This document shows, in pieces, positions 19,701-27,811 of a DNA stretch of 34,312 bases. The DNA is from Chthoniobacteraceae bacterium. Its GTDB lineage: Bacteria; Verrucomicrobiota; Verrucomicrobiia; Chthoniobacterales; Chthoniobacteraceae. Location of the stretch: NCBI GenBank assembly GCA_031409335.1, contig JANNWY010000016.1, forward strand, positions 1 to 34,312, read 5' to 3'. Made by a program: the position numbers and the translations under genes. The notes beneath the pieces were generated by a model. The model ran no database searches, was not told where the DNA came from, and saw only the letters and a list, made by a program, of their open reading frames with translations. Each line of letters begins with the position of its first letter. The first letter of the stretch is position 1.

Positions 19701-21057
19701 CGGGCGGGTCGAGTTTCGCGGCGAGCCCGGCGAAGACCGCGAGCGCCTCGCTGCGGCGGCCGAGCAGGAAGAGCGACCGCGTGTGCGACAGCGCGAGATC
19801 CTGGCGCTCGGGTGAAATGCGGAGGCGCTCCGCGAGAAAGGTTTCGCGACCGCGCTCGTCGCGCAGCAGATCGAAAAGTTCGAGCACGGCTTTCTCGATC
19901 TTCTCGGAAGCCGGCAGCCGGCGCGCTGATTCCAGCAACCCATCCAGGGCCTCGCGGCGAAACTCGAACGCGGCGAGCAATTGGGTGAGCTCGAGCACCG
20001 CGGTTTCGTCTGCCGGCGCGGCTTTCAAGCGCGCGCGGGCGGCGGCAAGCATCGCCTCGCGATCGGCGTCGCTTTTCACGAGCGCGGTGCGGCGGTGCAG
20101 GATCTCCGTGCGCCGCCAGTAATCCGCGGCGAGCCGCGCGAGCAGGCGATCGAGCCGGGTCGCGGCGGCGGCTTCGCGTTGCAGCCCGAGTTCCGCGCTG
20201 GCGGCGGCGAGATCGAGATCGACTCCGGTTTCCGCCGAGGGCTTCAGCGCGACCGCCGCGGCGATGGCCGAGAGCGCGGGCGCGTGGAATTTGTGCGCGA
20301 TCATTTTCCGCGCGAGATCGAGTTTTCCTTCCGCGCTGGTGGTTTCCGCGGCGAGCGATTCGAGGTGCCGCCGCGCGATTTCCGGCCGGCCTTCCGCGAT
20401 CGCGATCGGGAGGAGTTCCTCGATCCACGCCCGTTTCCGCGCGGGCAGCGTTTCCTTCGCGATCGCCTGGTCGAGTGCGTCGAGCGCACCGGGTTCGTGC
20501 GTCTTTTGCAGATGCTCGAAATGCAGGAAACGCAGATACGCATTGTCGGGAAAACGAGTGACGGCGTTCGCGGCGAGGCGTCCCGCTTCCGCGTCGTTCG
20601 TCGCTTCGAGCAGCCGGATGAGAATCGTAAGCGCGCCCGAGTCCGCCGGATATTGCGCGACATGCTGCCGATACGTATCGACAAGTTCCTTCGCGCGATT
20701 CGCCTCGCGGTAAATTTTCAGCAGTCGCTCCAGCGGCGGCGCGAGCGTGGGATCGTGGTAAAGCGCGGTGCGGAGCGGGACGGACGCGGCTTCCACATCG
20801 GCGGGTTTCACCGGAGTTTCGTCCTGCGCAAAACTGATCGAAGCAATGAGCGCGAGGATCACAAGTTCCGGGTAGCACGCTCGTCCCGGGCGTTGGCGAA
20901 GGCGTCCCGCCTTCGTGGACTTTTCTGCGCGCGGGCCGCACGAAGCGCGATGAGTTTCACAGCAGCCCACCGTCGGGAAAGTCCGTTTCGGCGGGACGCC
21001 GAAACCAACGCTCGGGACGAGCGTGCTACCCGGATCGCCAGTGCCGCGCGCATTCAC
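16765..21057 (-). CDS. Large secreted TPR/helical-repeat protein with C-terminal PQQ/BamB-like beta-propeller
   Basis: Signal-like LVILALIASISFAQ; TPR-like helices (AIELAPGRLDVRRELAETW); GKLLWS/GRMLWR/GKVQWE/GEVMWS propeller blades; ATGA overlaps at both ends. Confidence 0.8.
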   Translation of the reverse strand: MNARGTGDPGSTLVPSVGFGVPPKRTFPTVGCCETHRASCGPRAEKSTKAGRLRQRPGRACYPELVILALIASISFAQDETPVKPADVEAASVPLRTALYHDPTLAPPLERLLKIYREANRAKELVDTYRQHVAQYPADSGALTILIRLLEATNDAEAGRLAANAVTRFPDNAYLRFLHFEHLQKTHEPGALDALDQAIAKETLPARKRAWIEELLPIAIAEGRPEIARRHLESLAAETTSAEGKLDLARKMIAHKFHAPALSAIAAAVALKPSAETGVDLDLAAASAELGLQREAAAATRLDRLLARLAADYWRRTEILHRRTALVKSDADREAMLAAARARLKAAPADETAVLELTQLLAAFEFRREALDGLLESARRLPASEKIEKAVLELFDLLRDERGRETFLAERLRISPERQDLALSHTRSLFLLGRRSEALAVFAGLAAKLDPPARLAQLLELARFLRRSSLHADAAELFGRAIELAPGRLDVRRELAETWLAIGRKDKARELFAGTLSDDTETENLLDVIQFFLKQEMFGEARATLAGRVAKEPQNFDLRLMQLTVATRLADRKEAETLIAETRKLADTEARYRRWLEEAVTFHESFENEAVFVAAEQERLLAAPGGWSGDERERRLIFAEVAAAHGQKDEVAAMIATALAGELPIELKIELRRRQLSLIENAPAQAAAAEEQLKALINDDPARESDYRIRLALLASRQKREDGMPPMMRFDRPDQIDVKKVNDASLLTGLENLLRQRGGGSGKVIFAILERLTELEPANRATWERWITALATNDDEEKLRGALRQLLAGVDRMPLSETARRTLKEHLLASHWRSLSEFVRDADPARLSEALPMLDAAGRLAEQRDEWLWIAWTRAYVLNRLGQRPARDEAIRELERVAALPAPKIADEKVEPAEPEKLTIAFPDGLVIALDQARELLTTPPQPALPAAAQSGPRGKLKTRWAFETDQRAAVSRILTLDANRVLVIDAAGKLYCIAKAGGKLLWSRDGPRQILPTQNEYTGSMNAPSDAMPVVDAGRIFLPNNGGIECWSAEDGRMLWRAADAEPGTAPGMFPALFVHAGTVLVCEPVKARIQALQPETGKVQWERKYPGKPPTFPLHALNSGASFSEGRILLYGAVTVIVNAQNGEVMWSFDVARARHFPVSLADGNAAASASAPTFSRRSYGSSFQGIAALDHHMRQQFGRYGWMPQAGQQFALAGTAAAWAGGLTDAGQMRRAVLHGPHALLFSSDGLRMLRLDLPFASTRVPVNGTWIGVAGRAAAVLSGTSLSVAGLESGDYKAINLKAEVGDGVSADADGAVDPYDEFVQGWANRGETTARAAIDGPLVYVSTPAGISAYHARAGTRIFSASWPENVAPAVKTAAGPASANYRMAQRYGQPYHPPAPVNALVADGILYTESDPGRLVALAGEESQ
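20867..21034. repeat. GTAG-REP-like doublet hairpin element, copy 1 (inside CDS)
   Basis: 30-bp terminal IR TCCGGGTAGCACGCTCGTCCCG(G/A)GCGTTGG with one mismatch; inner IR GGCGTCCCGCC/GGCGGGACGCC; second copy at 31886. Confidence 0.93.
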
Positions 21058-22067
21058 GCGGCGAGCGCGCCGGGCGCGGGGAGTTCGTCGAGCAATTCGC
21101 CGATCAGCCGGTCCACATCGACCGCTTCGGCTTCGCCTTCAAAATTCAAAATCACGCGATGGCGCAACGCGGGCCGCACCGCGCGGCGCACGTCTTCCAC
21201 CGAGACGGCGGTGCGCCCGTCGAGCAGACAAAACACCCGCGCTGCCCGGACGAGTGCCTGCAATCCGCGCGGGCTCGCGCCATAGGAAACGAAGCGCGCG
21301 ACTTTGCCGCCGGGCTTTGCGGTGTCGGGATGCGTGGCGAGGATGATCTGCGCGGCATACGCGGTGATCGGGTCGGCGACGGGCACGTGCGTGAGCAATT
21401 CCTGCATCGCGATGAGCCGCTCGGCGTTGACGATTTGCGCGAGGACTGGTTCGTCGAAAGTGCTCGTGCGTTTCGAGATTTCCACGAGCGCTTCGAGTTT
21501 GGGAAACGGCACCTTGAGTTTGAAAAAGAAGCGGTCGAGCTGCGCCTCGGGCAGGGGATAAGTGCCTTCCATTTCCATCGGATTTTGCGTGGCGAGCACG
21601 AAGAACGGGAGCGGCACGAGATGGCGTTCGCCGCCGATCGTGACGGCGTGCTCCTGCATCACTTCCAGCAGCGCGGACTGCGTTTTCGGCGTGGCGCGAT
21701 TGATTTCATCGACGAGCAGCGCATTCGCGAAAACCGGCCCGCGCTCGAAACGAAACGCGCGCCGTCCATTCGCATCCTCGCCGACGATGTGCGTGCCGAG
21801 GATGTCGGACGGCATGAGGTCCGGCGTGCATTGCACGCGGCCTGGTGCGATGCCGAGCACGCGCGAGAGCACTTTCACCAAGTACGTTTTTCCCAGACCG
21901 GGGACGCCTTCGAGCAGCACGTGGCCTTGCGAGAGGATCGCGGCGAGACATTCGACGATCATCTCGTCGTAGCCGACGATCGCGCGGTGGATTTCGTCGT
22001 CGATCGTTTTGAAGGTCGCGCGGAAATCGTCGAAGCGTTTTGCGAGGGAGTCGGCGGAGTCGGTCAT
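21054..22067 (-). CDS. moxR: MoxR-family AAA+ ATPase
   Basis: Walker A GVPGLGKT, TPDLMPSD, Walker B LLVDEINRATPKTQSALLE, ATQNP.EMEGTYPLPEAQLDRF. Confidence 0.96.
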   Translation of the reverse strand: MTDSADSLAKRFDDFRATFKTIDDEIHRAIVGYDEMIVECLAAILSQGHVLLEGVPGLGKTYLVKVLSRVLGIAPGRVQCTPDLMPSDILGTHIVGEDANGRRAFRFERGPVFANALLVDEINRATPKTQSALLEVMQEHAVTIGGERHLVPLPFFVLATQNPMEMEGTYPLPEAQLDRFFFKLKVPFPKLEALVEISKRTSTFDEPVLAQIVNAERLIAMQELLTHVPVADPITAYAAQIILATHPDTAKPGGKVARFVSYGASPRGLQALVRAARVFCLLDGRTAVSVEDVRRAVRPALRHRVILNFEGEAEAVDVDRLIGELLDELPAPGALAA

Positions 22068-23890
22068 GGCTGATTTTCGAGTTGCTGGCGGATGGCGGTA
22101 AAATAGCGGAGCACCTGCGCGCGGCGGGAAAGCGGGAGCGGCTCCTCGGCGAGCGCGGCTTCCTCGGTTTTTAGAAATTCGACGGCGATTTCCTGGCGCG
22201 AACGCGCGGGTGCTTCGCGATGCGCCGCGGCTTCGACGGCGCGCACGGCGGACGGGCCTTCCGCGCCGGGTGCGGGGGCGACGGTGCCGGTCTGGTTTGC
22301 CTGCGCGAGCTTCGTCGGATCAGCGCCGAGCGGCGCGGTGCCGTTGCCCGCTTCGCTGCCGCCGATTTCGCCGCCGTCGCCGCCAGCCATCGCGCCGCCC
22401 GCGCCGGGGATGCTGCCGAGGCCGGGGACGGGAAATCCGCCCGCGCCGGGATTTTGTCCGGCACCGGGCATCGGCATTCCGCCGCCGGGTTTGCTGCCGG
22501 AACCGGGGATGGGGAAAGGCATTGCGCCATTTGGCAAACCGGAGTTTGCGCCGGGAATCGGGATCATCGCCATCGGCGGATTGTTGCCAGTGCCGGGCAT
22601 TGGCATCGCGCCCTGCGGCTGGCCAGGATGGCCGGTGCCCGGCGCGAGCAGCGGGATTCCCGCGAGCGGCTGTGAGCCGGACGGCGCTTGTGGCGTGAGG
22701 CGCTGGAGGTTTTTGCCACCGAGAATTTGCTGGCCCGCGCCGCGGAAATTTTGCGCGAGATTTCGCAATTGCTCCTGCGCCTGCTGACGCTGGGCGGCGC
22801 TGCCGAAGTGCTGGGAAAGATCGCCAAATTGTTTCGCGGCCTGGCTGCTATTTCCGGCGGCAAGCTGCTTCCGGGCTTCTTCGAGACTCTTGCCGGTTTT
22901 GCTGTCGCGGTCTTTTTTGTTGGCCGCTTCGAGCGCGCGTTTCAGGGCTTCTTCGAGGCGCTTCTGTTCTTCGAGCGTGGGTTTTTTCTGGCCGAGGCGT
23001 GCTTCGAGCAGACGCGCCTCCTCCGCCGCGTTGCCGAGATCGCCGGCGCGCAGCGCATTGCCGAGATCCGCAGTGTCCGCGTTGTGCTCCAGCTCGGAGA
23101 GAAACGCCGCGGACAGCGCGCCGAGATCCTCGCTGCGCAGCGCCTCAGCGAGCTTTTCCGTATCGCGCGCGCGGCGCTCCAGCTCTTCCAGCAGGTCGCG
23201 CGGCGTGGCCATGCGATCGAGTTTCTTCGCCGTCTGTTCCATCTCGGCGCGCAGATGTTTCAGTTTCTCCTTTTCCTCGTCGGACAGCGATTTCAGCGGG
23301 TCGAGAATTTTGGTGCGCTCGGCGAGTTCCGTGCCGACTTCGGCGGCGCGGGCGCGGGCTTCGGCGGTGAGTCCGCGATCCTCGGTCGAGATCGGGAGGC
23401 GCAGCCAGCCGGTGATCGCGAAGGCGGCGAAAAGCAGCGGCGCGAGCCAGGCGCGCGGGGTGAGGCGGACGGGGAGATCGCGCGCGAGGCGGGCGAGGCG
23501 TTTTGGTAAATGTGCGTGCGCTCGGGCGAGGTGAAGTTCCACTCCCGGCGTGCGCGTGCGGTCGTTTTCAAAAAACCACGCGGAGGCGAACATCTCGCGC
23601 GCATCGGCGGAGCGATCCCACGCGGCGAGTGCGGCGAACGGTGCCGGGCGGCGCAGCCACGCGATGAGCGCGGAAAGGGCGAGCCATGCGGCGATGAGTG
23701 CGAAGGCCCACCACGCGCGATCCTGCACACCGGCTCGGCGCAGCACGATCCAGCCGGCGAGGGCGACGGCGAAAACGGGAACCGCCGTCCGGGAAAGTGC
23801 GCGGCACCACGCGTTGAACGCGAGCCGGCGGACGACGCGCGCGGCCGCATTCGCAAAGATCGGGCGGGCGGTCGCGGGGTTCATTTTCAC
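22064..23890 (-). CDS. Membrane protein with coiled-coil and Gly/Pro-rich region (MoxR-operon associated)
   Basis: Three TM-like segments, long coiled coil, GP-rich linker, C-terminal EPLPLSRRAQVLRYF; coupled to neighbouring genes. Start 23890 or 23884. Confidence 0.8.
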   Translation of the reverse strand: MKMNPATARPIFANAAARVVRRLAFNAWCRALSRTAVPVFAVALAGWIVLRRAGVQDRAWWAFALIAAWLALSALIAWLRRPAPFAALAAWDRSADAREMFASAWFFENDRTRTPGVELHLARAHAHLPKRLARLARDLPVRLTPRAWLAPLLFAAFAITGWLRLPISTEDRGLTAEARARAAEVGTELAERTKILDPLKSLSDEEKEKLKHLRAEMEQTAKKLDRMATPRDLLEELERRARDTEKLAEALRSEDLGALSAAFLSELEHNADTADLGNALRAGDLGNAAEEARLLEARLGQKKPTLEEQKRLEEALKRALEAANKKDRDSKTGKSLEEARKQLAAGNSSQAAKQFGDLSQHFGSAAQRQQAQEQLRNLAQNFRGAGQQILGGKNLQRLTPQAPSGSQPLAGIPLLAPGTGHPGQPQGAMPMPGTGNNPPMAMIPIPGANSGLPNGAMPFPIPGSGSKPGGGMPMPGAGQNPGAGGFPVPGLGSIPGAGGAMAGGDGGEIGGSEAGNGTAPLGADPTKLAQANQTGTVAPAPGAEGPSAVRAVEAAAHREAPARSRQEIAVEFLKTEEAALAEEPLPLSRRAQVLRYFTAIRQQLENQP

Positions 23891-25849
23891 TCAGCGGACG
23901 GCATCCAGCAGCGCCTGCGCGCGGCGGCGGACTTCGGCGTCGGTGGTTTGCTTCGCGATCTCTTCGAGCTGCTTGTGCGTCATCGCGCCGAGTTCGCCGA
24001 GTTCGCGGCTGGCGGCCTCGCGTTTCTCCCAGTCGGGATGCGCAAGCTCGCGGATGAGCGCGGAAATTTTATCCCGCAATCTCTCGGGCATCGCGGGTGA
24101 AGGGACGACGGCATCGACGAGATCGCGCACGGGCACTTGAAAGACGCTGCCACCCGAACGCACCGGCACGATCGCCTCCCGCAGCGTGCCCGCGATCGAG
24201 CCGCCGCCCCAGACTTCGGCAATGAAGACTGGCGTGCTCGCCGTGGCGTCGTCGCTCGTGTTGCGGAGCGTGCGCAGCAGATTTGCGGCGACCGGGATCA
24301 CGCCCGATGGCGAGAGGAAATGCAGCTCCGCGACATCGATCTGGCCGCTGAAAATCTGGCCGCCCGCGAGCACGACCTTCGCGCGCTCCGGCGCTTCGCC
24401 GAGGTCGTCGGTTTCCTTTGGCTGCGTCACGGCGATCTGGCGGATCTCGGAGACCTTGAAGTTTTTCTTTCCGAACAGCGTGGTGTCGAAAGCGATTTCG
24501 TCGCCATCGAGAAATGCGACGAAGTGGCTGCCATCCTTGAGCAGGACTTGGAATCCGAACGGCGTCTCCTCGGTCGGGCCGCACGCGACGAGTTCATCCG
24601 CCGTCACTTCGCGGACGCCCCACGCGGTCGTCGCGCGCAGCTTCAGCGCGGGGTTTGGCTTCACCGCGAGACGATCGCCTTCAAAGGTTTCCACGAATCC
24701 CCACGGCGCGGCGAGTTGCGCTTCGCCGGGGATCGTGCGCATCACGAGCCGGTCGAGCTGGGCGGCTTCGAGAGGGATCGTGGTGCCGGTGGAAAGCGCG
24801 AATTTCAACCCGGTCGCGGACAGCTTCCCGGCGAGCGCCTGTCCATCGCGGAGCAGCACGCGCGCTTCGCGGCGACCGCCTTGCACGGCGGCGATGTCTT
24901 CAAATTGAACCGTCGCTTTTCCGCGCGGAGTCTCGATTTCGAGCCTGGCGCAACTCGCGACGCCTTTGAGCCGCGTGGTGTCGCCGATCGCGAGCACATC
25001 GGTCGGGCCGCGCTCGACTCCGAGGCCGTCGAGAAAGGACGCGATGGCTGGCGCGGTCGCGTTCCCGGAAAAAACGCCGGGTGCGAAGTTCGCGAGTTGC
25101 TTGCGATCACGCGCGGGGATTTCGGCGAGGAGGCGCGGGGAGACGAGCGGCGCGAGGAGTTTTGCGATGGCTTTTCCATCGGGCTGCGTCGTCACCGCGC
25201 GCTGGCCGCCGGCGTAGGCGAGCGAGATCGTTTCGCCGGCCGCAAACTTCAGATTGTAGGTCGCCGTGAAGCGGTAGTTCTGCTGGTTCTGGATCGTGGG
25301 CCGCACCTTCGCGCCGCGACCGGCGAGCAGAAAGATCGCCGATGGCCCCCGCGCGTTTTGTCCCGGCATCACGATGAATCCCGTGTCCTTTGGCCCGAAT
25401 GCATTGGTCAGCACGCTGCCCGAGTCGGTGATCGCACCCTGCATCTGATTGTTGAAATTGATGAGCACCGCGTAGCGCAGCGTTTGCGGCGCGCCGGAGT
25501 TGTTCGTGATCGTGTCGAAGTAACGTACGAAGCCGATCTTCTGGTCGATCTTGATGCGGCGCGACACGTCGAGGCGATTGGACTTTCCGGTGAGAAAAAA
25601 CTCGCTCGCATCCGGGGCCATCATCGACTGCTGATACGAGATGCTGCTGCCATTGAGTTCGACGGAAAACACGCTGCTAAAAATGCTCGAGCCCTGATTG
25701 ATCGAGCCATTGCTATCGAGATCCCAGATGAAGCCGAGGCTGTCGGTGACCGGCTGGAAATTCGCCTCGACGAGCCCCGGCGGCGGCACGGCGCGGAGGG
25801 CGGGCGCGAGCAGCAGCGCGAGGGCGATGGTGAAAAGGCGCGGTTTCAT
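23891..25849 (-). CDS. Secreted hypothetical protein with repeated small beta modules and a C-terminal HEAT-like pair
   Basis: Signal MKPRLFTIALALLLAPALRA; LIRELAHPDWEKREAASREL...DAEVRRRAQ; start overlaps the upstream stop. Confidence 0.8.
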   Translation of the reverse strand: MKPRLFTIALALLLAPALRAVPPPGLVEANFQPVTDSLGFIWDLDSNGSINQGSSIFSSVFSVELNGSSISYQQSMMAPDASEFFLTGKSNRLDVSRRIKIDQKIGFVRYFDTITNNSGAPQTLRYAVLINFNNQMQGAITDSGSVLTNAFGPKDTGFIVMPGQNARGPSAIFLLAGRGAKVRPTIQNQQNYRFTATYNLKFAAGETISLAYAGGQRAVTTQPDGKAIAKLLAPLVSPRLLAEIPARDRKQLANFAPGVFSGNATAPAIASFLDGLGVERGPTDVLAIGDTTRLKGVASCARLEIETPRGKATVQFEDIAAVQGGRREARVLLRDGQALAGKLSATGLKFALSTGTTIPLEAAQLDRLVMRTIPGEAQLAAPWGFVETFEGDRLAVKPNPALKLRATTAWGVREVTADELVACGPTEETPFGFQVLLKDGSHFVAFLDGDEIAFDTTLFGKKNFKVSEIRQIAVTQPKETDDLGEAPERAKVVLAGGQIFSGQIDVAELHFLSPSGVIPVAANLLRTLRNTSDDATASTPVFIAEVWGGGSIAGTLREAIVPVRSGGSVFQVPVRDLVDAVVPSPAMPERLRDKISALIRELAHPDWEKREAASRELGELGAMTHKQLEEIAKQTTDAEVRRRAQALLDAVR

Positions 25850-27681
25850 TTGGCGTCCTCCTTGGCGGGTTCATCCGCTTTCTTCTCCTCCTCCGGTGGC
25901 GGCTCCGGCTCCGGCGTGCGGAATGCGGTGAAATGCGCGGCGGGCACGCGCCAGACGCGTTCGCCATTGCGGATCGGCACCACGCTATCGACGAGCCGCC
26001 CTTTCAGCGCCTGGCCGCCCGCGAGTTTCAGCATCACCGTCTGGCCGGCGTCGGCGGAGGTGGACGCTTCGATTTCCAAAATCCGCTTCGGATCGACCGG
26101 CGTGATGCCCGAGTCCGTGGCGATGCGGAGCGCGGGCAGATCGATCGTGCCCGCGAGCAAATTCTCGCCGACGAGTTCGCAGTGCGGACCTTCGGGAATC
26201 TGCGCGCGCGCGGCGATGCGGCGCATTTCGCGGATGCCCTGCGGCGGCAGTTTCACCGGCCCGAAGCGCAGCGTGGGCGCAGTCCAATCCCCGCCGCGCA
26301 GCATCGCGAGGAAGCGGCTGCGATCCGTCAGCTCGAAGCGTTGCGCGGGAAAAGGTTCGCGCACCGTTTCGATGGCGCGCACTTCCGCCAGCGGCACGCG
26401 CGCCATGCCCCACGGCGTCGCAGCCTCCAGCGCGGCGGGCGCATCGGCGGAGAGCGCGAGCCGGTCGCCAAGCTGTGTGGTGAGGAGCAGCGCGGCCTTT
26501 GGCGGCGGCACGTTGTCGCCATCGGCGGCGCGCATCGTGAGCAATTGCATCTGCGAAAAATCCACGTCCAGACTCAGCCCGCTATCGCTCACCATCGTCA
26601 CCTTCGCCCCGCTCACCACGCCGCTCAGAATTTCCCCATCGCGCAGGAAAACCCGCACCGGCCGCAGCACACCTTCGCCGCCAGCGACACCCGCGACGTT
26701 AGCGAACGCGACCTTCGTTTTCCCAAACGCCGTCTCGATCTCGAAATCGCCGCCCGTGATCGTCCCCGCCAGTTTCGATCCCGCGTCGATCACCAGTCCG
26801 TCCAGTTTTTCGCGGGATACTTTCGCGTCATCCGCGAGCTGAGTCAGCGCGTCCAAAAGTTGCAACGGCGCATCGGGCTCGTCCCGCGCGGGCTTGCCGA
26901 CGGTGAAATTCGAGACGGCTTTCGCAAACGCCTTCGGAATGCTCGGATCAAAGAGCCGCCCGCGTTTATAATAGGCGGCGAGCAGATCGCGCCCTTCTTT
27001 CGCCGAGACTTGCGCGCGCTGCGCGACGTAGTGGACGATCGCTGTCGAGTCACCCGGCGGGAGATCGATCGGGTAGGTCGCCTCGATGATGCGATTGCTT
27101 TGGATGCGGATCGCGGGCTTCTGCTTCGCCTTCGGGTCGGCAACGATGATCGCACCATCGTTGCGCCCTTCCTCGGAGACGATCGCGAATCCGCCGTCGT
27201 CATTGCCGAGCGCGCCAGTGAAGGGCTTTTCCTGAAAAGTAAAAAACTGCGTCGCGTTGTCGGAGAGCTCGGTGCGCACGATTGCCCGCACGTTCAGCGG
27301 CGTCTTTCCCGGATTCTCGAAAACGTCGAGATACCGCACCGCGCCGTGCTCGGCATCGAGGCGGACGCGGCGGGTGATTTTGAGCCCGCGCAGGGTGCCG
27401 GCGAAGACGTATTCGGAACCGTCGGCGGTCATCATCGGGCGGGGGAATTGCACGGAGCTGGTGTCGATCCGCAACGTCCCGCCATTTCTGAAGCATTCGG
27501 TATTTTCGTTCAGGATCACGCCGCCTTCATTGATGCTCCAGCGCAGGCCAAACTTGTCGGCGCGGACGCTAAAGCGAGCCGGGACGAGTTTTTCCTCCTG
27601 CGCGCGGGCGGAAAATGGGACGGCACACGCGGCGATGGCGGCTGCGGCCAGCAGGCGGGTGACGAGGGAGAAACGGGCCAT
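25846..27681 (-). CDS. Secreted hypothetical protein, paralog of 23891-25849
   Basis: Signal MARFSLVTRLLAAAAIAACAVPFSARA; shares RR(I/V)xxD...GxVRY(F/L)D and repeated modules with the neighbour. Confidence 0.8.
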   Translation of the reverse strand: MARFSLVTRLLAAAAIAACAVPFSARAQEEKLVPARFSVRADKFGLRWSINEGGVILNENTECFRNGGTLRIDTSSVQFPRPMMTADGSEYVFAGTLRGLKITRRVRLDAEHGAVRYLDVFENPGKTPLNVRAIVRTELSDNATQFFTFQEKPFTGALGNDDGGFAIVSEEGRNDGAIIVADPKAKQKPAIRIQSNRIIEATYPIDLPPGDSTAIVHYVAQRAQVSAKEGRDLLAAYYKRGRLFDPSIPKAFAKAVSNFTVGKPARDEPDAPLQLLDALTQLADDAKVSREKLDGLVIDAGSKLAGTITGGDFEIETAFGKTKVAFANVAGVAGGEGVLRPVRVFLRDGEILSGVVSGAKVTMVSDSGLSLDVDFSQMQLLTMRAADGDNVPPPKAALLLTTQLGDRLALSADAPAALEAATPWGMARVPLAEVRAIETVREPFPAQRFELTDRSRFLAMLRGGDWTAPTLRFGPVKLPPQGIREMRRIAARAQIPEGPHCELVGENLLAGTIDLPALRIATDSGITPVDPKRILEIEASTSADAGQTVMLKLAGGQALKGRLVDSVVPIRNGERVWRVPAAHFTAFRTPEPEPPPEEEKKADEPAKEDAK

Positions 27682-27764
27682 TGGTGTGCTCAGGAAGAAT
27701 CCAATCGCATTGTGTCGCAGCACTCGCACGGGACAAGCGGATTGTTAGCGGACACGCGCGCAAC

Positions 27765-27793
27765 TTGCCGGTAACTAAGGTGACGCCTACGAT
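27765..27793 (+). promoter_or_regulatory. Putative sigma70 promoter for the DUF1549/1553 gene
   Basis: TTGCCG-17 bp-TACGAT in the 130-bp divergent intergenic gap, 18 bp before ATG 27812. Confidence 0.45.
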
Positions 27794-27811
27794 CCCGGTT
27801 GACATCTCGCC

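Noticed and set aside
22330..22680. Gly/Pro-rich PG repeats as collagen-like or a DNA repeat element
   Set aside because: No Gly-X-Y periodicity or exact nucleotide repeat; ordinary low-complexity linker.
27799..27804. Perfect TTGACA
   Set aside because: Only 7 bp before the ATG, too close to be a -35 for that gene.
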